Position numbers and translations under genes: made by a program. The notes beneath the pieces are model-generated. The model saw only the letters and a program-made list of their open reading frames with translations. It was not told the DNA's origin and ran no database searches. Below are positions 10,896-20,000 of a stretch of DNA of 20,000 bases, piece by piece (the stretch's first letter is position 1; every line of letters begins with the position of its first letter). This stretch comes from Lobosporangium transversale (lineage: Eukaryota), in assembly GCF_002105155.1 (NCBI RefSeq), contig NW_019028994.1, positions 798,201 through 818,200 of the forward strand, read 5' to 3'.

Positions 10896-11564
10896 GGTTT
10901 AAAACTCTCTTTTCTTCTTTGGATTGATTGTCGTTTCTTTATTCAGAAGAAGAGAAGTTATATTAGATGGTCTGTCATATGTGATAGCTATGAGCAGAAG
11001 TTGAATTCCAGGCATGTTTGTGTGTCTCTTACATGTAAAAAAAAAAACACAGCAATTGTGTGGCGTGAGATGGGGGTTTAAAGAGGAAAGAGAGAAAACA
11101 GGAATTTTTTTTTTTTTTTTTTTTGATACAACTCCTTAAACCTTAAAAGTCGCCATAGCCATAGTGCCATCCTTTTTGAAGCATAACTCTATTCACAAGG
11201 CTACGAGCGCATATGGATGTGGATGCAATAAATGAAGGATGGTATAATAGCTTGGTGAACACTATGTGTAGATGAAAGAGTGCATTTCCTATGTTAATGA
11301 CTAATACTGTATTTCTTTCAACCATTTAGGAGCAACTTTGTCATGATCGGTCTCTTGCATGGCGAGGAAATGCTATGCTTTTGTCTTGTTGAGTGAATTA
11401 TAAAAGGAAAGATATTCGTCAGTATGCCAAACTAAAAACAACATCTTCTTCATGTCATTTATTGTCAATCTACTCCGCTAGCGTTTCTGTAGAGGGCGAC
11501 TACTAGTGGCTCCTCTTGCACAGTTTGCCTAGGAATTTGCCTTTGCAGCATGATGCACTTCGCC

Positions 11565-11591
11565 TGCCCTTAATGCCCTTAATGCCCTAAA
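11565..11591. repeat. 3x 9-bp tandem repeat TGCCCTTAA in the divergent NLR/ILV5 intergenic region
   Basis: tgcccttaa tgcccttaa tgccctaaa read directly. Confidence 0.8.
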
Positions 11592-11655
11592 TCACTGATC
11601 TGAGATCACTTCAACGGTAAAAATGAAACGTGATGATGTGACTGCCCCGAGCTTC

Positions 11656-11664
11656 ATTACTCAT
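11656..11664. promoter_or_regulatory. Gcn4/CpcA(AP-1)-like element ATTACTCAT upstream of ILV5
   Basis: One mismatch to ATGACTCAT, about 180 bp before the ATG and upstream of a pyrimidine-rich tract (11745-11810). Confidence 0.4.
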
Positions 11665-11843
11665 ATTGGTACGATCCATGGCAGATAGGGCGACTGTGAC
11701 AAAGAGACAAAGATAATAAAGGTCAAGAAACAAAAGGGGAGGATCTTTATTTTTCTCCTTCTTCTCCCTTCTCTCTTCTCTCTCCATAACTATCCTTCTC
11801 TCCTCTCTCATTTAACGACTACCTTTATCATATCCATCACATC

Positions 11844-13167
11844 ATGAGCTTTGCTGCCCGTTCCGCTTTCCGTCAGTTGACTCGTGTCGCTGCCCCTGCT
11901 GCCCGTTCCTTCTCTGTCCTGGCTCGTCCTGCCGCCATCGCACATATTCCCCGCGCTGCTGCTTGCAAGGTAAAAAAAAAAAAAAAAGTTCTCATTCAAC
12001 ATGACATTCTTCATGGTGATGCATTTCTTCCAAAAATAAAAAGAAAAATTTCTTTGCCCCTGACTGACTGAAGAATGATAAAAATCGTTATATCCATAGA
12101 TCGCCTTCAACCAAACTCGTGGCATCAAGACGATGGACTTTGGAGGCACGAAGGAAGTTGTCTATGAGCGTAGCGACTATCCACCCGCCAAATTGCAGGA
12201 GACCTTCAAGGACGACACCCTCGCTGTCCTCGGTTACGGTCCTATGGGACGTGGCCAGGCACTCAACCTCCGCGATAACAAGCTCAATGTCATTCTCGGA
12301 TGTCGCAAGGGCTCTTCTTGGGACAAGGCTGTCTCTGAGGGCTGGGTCCCCGGAAAGAACTTGTTTGAAATTACCGATGCTTGTGAGCGTGGAACCGTCA
12401 TTATGAACCTTCTTTCCGATGCTGCCCAGTCCAAGCTCTGGAACGAGATCAAGCCGTATCTTACAAAGGGCAAGACCTTGTATTTCTCACATGGATTCTC
12501 GGTCATTTACTCCGAAGATACTGGCGTCGTTCCTCCCAAGGGCATTGATGTCATTCTCGTTGCCCCCAAGGGATCTGGTACCACTGTCCGTAACTTGTTC
12601 CTTGAGGGTCGCGGCATTAACGGATCTGTTGCAGTCTACCAGGATGTCTCTGGTAAGGCCAAGGAGCGTGCAGTTGCTCTTGGTGTGGGTGTCGGTACTG
12701 GCTATCTCTATGAGACCACGTTCAAGCAGGAGGTTTACTCTGACCTCTATGGTGAGCGTGGAGTGTTGATGGGTGCTATTCAGGGTCTCTTTGTTGCTCA
12801 ATACGAGGTCCTCCGTGCCCGTGGCCACTCTCCTTCTGAGGCCTTCAACGAGACCGTAGAAGAGGCTACTCAGTCACTCTACCCCTTGATCGGTGCCAAT
12901 GGTATGGACTGGATGTATGCCAACTGCTCTACCACTGCTCAGCGTGGTGCTCTCGACTGGTGGAAGAAGTTCCATGATGCCTCCAAGCCTATTTTCGAGG
13001 AATTGTACGAATCTGTTGCTAACGGAACCGAGACCAGGAGATCATTGACCAAGAACTCGGCTCCTAACTACCGTGCAGAGCTCGAAGCTGAATTGGCTGA
13101 GATTGCCGACCATGAGATGTGGCGCACTGGCAAGGCTGTTCGCCAGCTCAGACCCGAGAACCAGTAA
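11844..13167 (+). CDS. ILV5: Mitochondrial ketol-acid reductoisomerase (acetohydroxyacid isomeroreductase), 397 aa
   Basis: Exon 11844-11969 encodes an Arg/Ala/Ser-rich mitochondrial presequence. Intron 11970-12099 is GT..TAG and exon 12100-13167 follows. KARI motifs: VLGYGPMGRGQALNLRDN, YFSHGFS, DVILVAPKGSG, SDLYGERGVLMG, EAFNETVEEATQSLYPLIG, CSTTAQRGALDW. Confidence 0.97.
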
Positions 13168-13494
13168 AATACGGGGTTTCAAGTACACTATATACACTAT
13201 ATTATATACATTTGTCATCCATCATCTCTGCACATCAATAAAAAGATTACTTGTATACTATATATCTTTTTATCTTTTTTTTTTTTTTTTTTATTTGATC
13301 AGTTCACATTCACATCTTCCATTAATGATTAATGGGAGAGCCCATGATCTTGATTCTGGTGATATGGGATGCCTCCTAATTGGTCTCTATAATATGGACG
13401 ACTAATTTAAAAATACACCAGATCAGTCATGCATGATTGGGACAATGCTTAAATTTGTCATTGTGGCTGAAAACCATATGAAAGTGAGCCAGCT

Positions 13495-13505
13495 ATTGAC
13501 TCAAT
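13495..13505. promoter_or_regulatory. Perfect Gcn4/CpcA core site (ATTGACTCAAT) upstream of ILV6
   Basis: TGACTCA at 13497-13503 with symmetric AT flanks, about 210 bp upstream of ATG 13715. This is the canonical general amino-acid-control element. Confidence 0.55.
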
Positions 13506-13714
13506 CCTGTCACAAAATAAAAGCTCCGATGGGTGAGAGATGATTTCCCCACACGCTGTGATTGGCTTCAATTGGCACATGTTGAACTGATAACGGTCAA
13601 ACAAAGTTGCTGTCTCCTAACTTCTCTCTCTTACTTCTCTCATTCTTTCCCTCCTTCTTTCTCGGTTATACCTCTCCTTTGACATTCTCTCATCCCATTT
13701 CATTCTCATTCGCC

Positions 13715-14938
13715 ATGTGGACAACAAGACTCCTCGCGTCGAGTCTCAACAGAGCCACGACACTGGTAACAAATCGTGACTTGATAAACAATCACAACTG
13801 ATCTTGTGAGACTGAATATGTGTCAGAATGATCTAACAATGGAAAATTAACACCTTGATGTCTTTACTAGCCATCCATGATAGCCACAACATCAGGGATC
13901 CAGACAACCCGCATGACGGCACCTCTTTTGAGGACGCCTCAGTTGATCCGTCTCTCATCCTCATCTACATCCGCCATCTCATATAAGCGAAAACACCCTC
14001 GCAAACTTCACCCGGCTCTGTCATCTGATTATCTTCATCCAGGCGCACCTAATGCAGAAGAAGCAGTCTCCAGTATTCTCTATAATACCCCGCCCTCTGG
14101 AAAGGACAACACGAAACAACGCCATATCTTTAATTGTCTTGTCCAGAACGAACCGGGAGTGTTGAGTCGCGTTTCGGGCATTCTGGCCGGAAGAGGATTT
14201 AACATTGACTCATTGGTTGTTGCAAAGACTGAGGTTGCTGATCTCAGTCGAATGACAATTGTTCTTAGGGGTGAATCCTCGACGATCGAGCAAGCTCGGA
14301 GGCAGTTGGAGGATCTTGTAAGTCATGCTTGACTAACTGGCAATGGACCAATATACTTTCTTATCACTTTTGCTGCTTTCGTTGCTCATGCAGGTGGATA
14401 TAAAGTATATAGAATTAGATAATAATAACATGGAATCGCTTGTTTTTTATTATTATTATTATTATTATTTTAGGTTCCAGTTTGGGCAGTCCTGGACTAC
14501 ACAGGCTTCAAGGTGATCCAACGTGAGCTTCTTTTGATCAAGGTCTCGATCTTGGGACCCGAGCATGTGCGAGCACAGATGAATTCGCGTTCACCCAATT
14601 GGCAATTACTGCAGGAAGAGGCCGAGGAAGATATGACACCATCGGATGCGCTGCGGCAAACACATGCGCATCTAAAGTCATTGAAAGAGCTTACAGATTT
14701 GTTCCAGGGCAATATCGTGGATGTAAGCAGCGATTGTGTGGTGATTGAGTTGTCTGCAAAGCCGGATCGTATCGATTCATTTGTAAAGTTGGTCAAGCCC
14801 TTTGGAATCTTGGAAGCAGCAAGAAGTGGTATGATGGCCATGCCGAGATCACCCATTTACGATCGCCATAGCGAGGAGAATGACCAGCCTGAAGAAGAGG
14901 GATCAGGTGTTGATGCATCCCTGTTGCCACCTGGATAA
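13715..14938 (+). CDS. ILV6: Acetolactate synthase small (regulatory, ACT-domain) subunit, mitochondrial, ~320 aa
   Basis: Exons are 13715-13765, 13871-14317 and 14474-14938. Introns are 13766-13870 (GTAACA..CTAG) and 14318-14473 (GTAAGT..TTAG). Motifs: HIFNCLVQNEPGVLSRVSGILAGRGFNIDSLVV, QARRQLEDL-VPVWAVLDY, ERELLL-like IQRELLLIKV, GILEAARSGMMAMPR and C-terminal LPPG. Confidence 0.95.
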
Positions 14939-15081
14939 AAAGTGAAAATTTATTTAAAAATGTAAAAATAAACTTGGTCGCATTGTAACTTATTGGTGGA
15001 AAAAAACAAGTTTTATTAAAAAAGAAAAAAAAAAAAATGATGGATCTGGTAAAATTCTTCGGTAGCTCTTCTTTCTTTTTC

Positions 15082-17001
15082 TCAAGCTTCCTTGTCTTTG
15101 TGCTTATTGCCATCGAGCTCGTGTTTCTCCCCGTTCATGTGCGGTCGATTCTTGAGAGCCTCTTCACGTCTTAGGACATGGTATCGCTCTGGATGAAGAT
15201 CTTTCATGTGCCACCAAAATTCCGTCACACCACTGAACCAGAATCCGCGACATTTACCTTTTTCGTTTATAAACCTTGGGTCCACCTTAGTGGTGAAAAT
15301 CATTCGCTCCATTCTCCGGTCCAGAAGCTCCAAAAACTCTTCAGCCGCTTCCTTTTTAATTTCTATCGATGCCACATCTTTTTCCATCATGTACGAGAGT
15401 GCACGAATGGCGTACATGACTTGTACTTCGATGTTACTTGTTAATGCATGGTGAGCTATTTTAGATAATAAGAAAGAGATTTAAAAAGAATAATTTAAGG
15501 AACAAATAACAATAATAATAATTACAAAAACTCTTACCGATACCGGAGTTTGGTCCCCAAATCAAGAAAAAGTTTGGAGCATCAGGTACACAAGTGCCAT
15601 AATAAGTTGTCGGACTATGGCCCCAGCTCGTTGCAATGTCTACGCCTCCTCGACCAGTCCAGTACCCGACAGGGTAGCCCGCAAGCCAATTAAATCCAGT
15701 TGCCAAGATCAGCACGTCCAGTTCATTCTTAGATCCATCCTTTGTTTCGATTGTCTTGCCACTGACTTTGACAATTGGATCTTGATGGAAATGCACATGG
15801 GGGAGCTTGAGTGCTGGGAAGAAGGTATCGGACAAGACCACACGCCTGGAAGCAACCTCATGACGTGGTGTAAGCTTTTCTCTCATTGAACGATCAAAGG
15901 GAAACTGTCGGAAACGGTGAAACCAAGTGACAAAGTAGACGATGGCTCGATGAAAGACAGAATACCAGGCCAACTTATGATATAGCAGTATAGTCGAGTC
16001 AACGTAATAATACCAAAACACTCGGTAGAGTGTGTAGAAGAAGGGAACATAGTGGAACAAGAACTTCCAGATACGATTGTAGCTGTAATTGAGTTGAGGT
16101 GTGATGTGTGATGGTGAGCGTCCATACACTTGCAGAGACTGCACTTTGTTGGCAATGGCAGGCACGATCTGAATGCCGCTATAAAATTTCATTGTATTAG
16201 CAAAATAAAATGATAATAATAATAATAATAATAATAAGACTCAGTATGGAGTTTTGTTTACCTGGCAGATGCTCCAACCACGCCAACACGCTTCCCTGTC
16301 AAATCGACCGAGTGGTTCCAGCGAGCCGAGTGCCATTTGGGACCATCGAATGCCTCAAACTCTTCTGGGATTTTAGGCAACCGCAATAAGCCGGCCGCAT
16401 GAAGGACTACATCCGCCTCATATATATTCTCCACTTGAGCTTGATGATCGAGACTGCCATCAGCATCTTCAGCTGCTTCGCCTTGACTTCCAGGGACTTT
16501 TACCCAGCGCAAGATCCATTTGTTACGGCCTTCGTCCCATCGCATACTTGTGACCTGGGCGCGGAATTGAATCTTATCATAGATATTAAAAGTCTTCGCA
16601 GTGGCTCGCAAGTAGGCCAGAACCTCGGACTGGGGGACAAACTTCTTGGAAAAATCATAGTTGGGAGCGAAAGAATAGCTGTAAAGGTGGGCGGGAGCAT
16701 CGGACTGGCACCCAGGGTAGGTATTGTTGAGCCAGGTGCCGCCAATATCGGACTCTAATTCGAAGACTCTGTACGTTGTCAATTGGAGCTTTCGTTGTAG
16801 CTGAATAGCTGCGCAAATCCCAGAGAGTCTGGATGATTAAGGTAAATATCTATTAGGATGGGTTTTTTATATTTTATTTTATTGTTTTATATCTGTAAGG
16901 AACGTAAATGAGCTATCGCTTCTTTTTTTTTTATTTTACCCTGCACCAATGATGGCAACAGTAGGCGTAGAGCCATCCGGGAAGGTTTTTGTCAAACCCA
17001 T
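15082..17001 (-). CDS. Flavin-dependent monooxygenase, type I Baeyer-Villiger monooxygenase-like, ~547 aa
   Basis: Exons are 17001-16940, 16828-16262, 16178-15538 and 15455-15082 (1644 nt, all introns GT-AG). Motifs: Rossmann VAIIGAG-LSG, BVMO fingerprint GGTWLNNTYPGCQSD, FDGPKWHSARWN (FxGxxxHxxxW), second Rossmann VGVVGASA-SGIQ, DVLILATGF and PNFFLIWGPNS. Confidence 0.92.
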
Positions 17002-17604
17002 GATAAAATTGCTTAGAAAAGTGTGGGAACGATTAATGCGAATGGAGAATGAATGAAGAGAATTTGAATTGAGAAAGTGACGCTTTTCATGTCAGCCCAT
17101 TCAATAATCAAGCACTCCCCTCTTAGGAAACAAAACGCATAGTAAGGATGTTTGCATTGCCACACAGACAGACGGCGCTGATGAACAGTAAGAACAATTG
17201 GGTATTGCTTGAACCGTGCACCATCCATTTCCTTTTTGGACAACAGAGGCATGTGGGCTTGTTAGAGCCATAAACCTTGTACGTAAAAAAGAATTCAACT
17301 CCAGACAAGTGCTGCGGGAGGCTTGAGTGGAATCCGCAGGAATTTAAGGTTCCGCAAATTTGGAAATAAAATATATAATTTTCCTTTAATGATTTTCTTT
17401 GTAAGCATGGTCTAAAAAAATAAAAATAAAAAAAAAGGGTATAAAGAGAAGCTGCCGAACATCATCTTCACTTTCAATCTTTTTTACGCTTTCATACTTT
17501 TTATACCCAAACCGATTTTTCACCAACAAGCACTCACAACTACCATTCTTTTCAACAGCAGCAGCACCAGCAGTACAACTTTGCATCAGCAATCTCAATT
17601 TTCC

Positions 17605-19913
17605 ATGACTGACGTTCTCACCTTCACAGACTCTGCATCAACCGCATCTTTTAATCCACACTTTGTAGAAAATAACATTACATCGACGACCACTACTACA
17701 ACAACAACAGCCAGCAATAATAACAATAATAACAATAATAACTCTCGCTCTCGCTCTCGTAGGACCCGTTCTAACAGATCTACCCCATCATCATTTGCAC
17801 GCATCGACGACAACAATGAAGGTGGCATCGAGACCAACTCGAGTCAATCATCGCATTCACTCGCAAGCTCACATATACGCCCAAGTCGGCAGCATTCACA
17901 GCCCACGGTGTCAAATAACAACGATCGGCGAAACGATAGTCGCCGGAAGGGCAAGAGAGTTGATCGAAACAATGGTATAGCCTCACAGAAAGATACGCCA
18001 GTGGCAATCAACTCTAATTCATCCCCGCATAAACATCAATCCTATAAAACTGAACGAAATAACAACAGCAGCAGTAGTAGTGGCAGCAATAACAGACGAC
18101 AGCGATCACAACGAAATGAAGCCTCTAATCGTATTCTGTCCTCACGGGGATCGTCGCTATCGTCACCAATTGACTCAACTGCAGATGTACCAACAGCTTC
18201 AGGCCCCTCACAAATTCCTCATCAGAGACATGCTGCGAACAACAGCAGCAAAAATAACAAAAGACATGTGCTTCGGCAACCACCCAAGTTTGTAAATAAA
18301 GTAGAGGAAGATCGCAATTTGATGGAAGCACTCACAGTTGGCTTGACCAACTCGACCTATGAGTGTATGGTCTGTTGGGATGTTGTCCGCCCAGCCCATA
18401 GGATCTGGAATTGTCAGGTTTGCTGGGCAGCTTTCCATCTTGATTGCCTCTCCACTTGGGCTAAAAAGTCATCTTCAGGTATGCAACAGATACACTCGTT
18501 TGAGATAAAATATCAATAGAGAGCCTTGTCTAAAGTGTACTAATCAAAAAGCTGTGTGTATTTTTTTTTTTTTTTTTTTGGTTCACCACATACAGATTCT
18601 AATGGCCATGGAGAAGGTTGGCGATGTCCAGGTTGCCAAAATACTCAAATCTCGCTCCCTAAAGAGTACACTTGCTTCTGTGGCAAGACAGCCAACCCTG
18701 AATACAATCGATACTTCACCCCTCACTCCTGTGGTGAACTCTGTGGACGCTCTAGAGACTGTCCTCACTCATGCAGCCTGTACGATACTCATGAAATATC
18801 TGTGGGCTTTTACATAATAACCGTATGTTATTCACTCATCAGAGCCTAACTTTTGTATTTTTTTCTTCTTCTTCTCTATTTGCTATTAAATAGTCCATGT
18901 CATCCTGGTCCATGTCCTCCTTGTAGTGGCATGGGCCCTACTCAATCATGCTACTGCGGCAATGAGACTTTCCAGCTGCGCTGCGTCGATACTGATTTCA
19001 CTTTTCAGACCGGTCAATCCTGTCAAAAGGTCTGCGGAGAACTTTTAGGGTGCGGGAAACATTCCTGTGCATCCGTTTGCCATCCTGGACTCTGTGCACC
19101 CTGTGAGGAGGAAGAGATCCAACACTGCTATTGTGGGAAACACGAGCGTCGAGCACGCTGTGGCGAAGGAGAGCCCAGAAAAACTTTAGTGGATGGTGAC
19201 GAAATTAATGGGTTCTTCGAGTGTAAAGAGATTTGTAAAAGGTAAAAAAAAAAAAAAAATTCTACTCATCAAAGGTCAAAGGTTGATTGCTGTTGTTGAC
19301 ATTATTACTAATACATATCGATGTTTTTCTTTAATAATTGACAGATTATTTGCATGTGGTCATCATGAATGTACCAAGAAATGCCATCCCATCAGTAAAG
19401 AACCAAGTCAATGCCCAGCTTCGCCTGAGCTTGTTAAGACTTGTCCATGTGGAGCCAAGCCAATCTCACTGCTTTTGAATAAGGCCCGAAAGACTTGTAT
19501 GGATCCTGTTCCTGTCTGTGACGGAGGCATTTGCAAGAAAGTGCTTAGTTGTGGACACCAATGCATGCAAAAGTGTCACACCGGAAAGTGCGCACCTTGC
19601 AAAACTGTTGTTCGGCTGGATTGCCGATGCGGATCCACACATGTCGAAAAAGTCTGTTCTGACAGAGGGCTCTACCAAGATAAGCAGCTGACTTGCGAAA
19701 AACCATGTCGAGCTCTCCGGACTTGTGGTAAACATCAATGCACAAATCGTTGTTGTCCAGCCAAGAATCAGAAGCAGTCCAGGATCTCGCAAGAGAGCAA
19801 CTCAACTTTGATGGAAGCCCACGCTTGTACATTAGTCTGTGGTAAGAAATTGCGCTGCGGGGTCCATACTTGCGAGATGTCCTGTCATAAAGGGCACTGC
19901 AATCCGTGTCTTG
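17605..19913 (+). CDS. FAP1: NF-X1 / FAP1-like RING + NF-X1-type zinc-finger protein, 3'-partial
   Basis: Exons are 17605-18478, 18596-18779, 18894-19241 and 19345-19913; the next intron starts with GTAAGT at 19914 and runs off the window. RING/PHD: YECMVCWD...WNCQVCWAAFHLDCLSTWA...WRCPGCQ. Repeated NF-X1 fingers of the form CG.H.C...CH.G.C.PC. Confidence 0.93.
17685..17760 (+). repeat. Coding microsatellites (poly-Thr, poly-Asn, SR dipeptide) in the NF-X1 N-terminus
   Basis: (ACA/ACT)n, (AAT/AAC)n and (TCTCGC)n encode TTTTTTTT, NNNNNNNNN and SRSRSR. Confidence 0.8.
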
Positions 19914-20000
19914 GTAAGTTTTTTTTTTTTTTTTTTTTTTAATAGTAAAAAGAAATGTGAGTGCTATCAGAGTTGTGCTCAGTATCTGACTTTAGCTGTA

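Noticed and set aside
11630..11720. GTGATGA C-box-like motif suggesting a C/D snoRNA upstream of ILV5
   Set aside because: There is no suitably placed CTGA D box or terminal stem, and it lies in promoter context.
13168..13714. Bacterial-type operon or recent horizontal transfer for ILV5-ILV6
   Set aside because: Both genes have spliceosomal introns and mitochondrial presequences, and ILV6 has its own promoter-like region.
11590..13870. TPP riboswitch near the ILV genes or in their introns (acetolactate synthase uses TPP; CTGAGA at ~11600)
   Set aside because: The remaining conserved aptamer elements and pairing stems are missing.
1..20000. Transposons, CRISPR arrays, tRNA or rRNA genes
   Set aside because: No transposase or reverse transcriptase ORF, terminal repeats, repeat-spacer array or structural RNA signature was seen.

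Overview
Gene-dense, intron-containing fungal genomic DNA. An early-diverging fungus of the Mortierellaceae is likely; this is inferred from the NACHT-pentapeptide-WD40 gene type and the AT/homopolymer-rich introns. Seven protein-coding genes were reconstructed with GT-AG introns: (1) the 3' part of a tricalbin (multi-C2) gene with an apparent 2-bp frameshift near 780-787; (2) a small secreted Cys-containing protein with a beta/gamma-crystallin-like pattern; (3) a ~2011-aa NLR-like protein (helical N-terminus, NACHT, pentapeptide repeats, ~16 WD40 repeats); (4) ILV5 ketol-acid reductoisomerase; (5) directly downstream, ILV6 acetolactate synthase regulatory subunit; (6) a Baeyer-Villiger/FMO-type flavin monooxygenase; (7) the 5' part of an NF-X1/FAP1 zinc-finger gene. 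The most notable items are the tandem ILV5-ILV6 pair with shared upstream motifs, the NLR plus secreted-protein block between housekeeping genes, and the tricalbin frameshift. No RNA genes, transposons or CRISPR arrays were supported.
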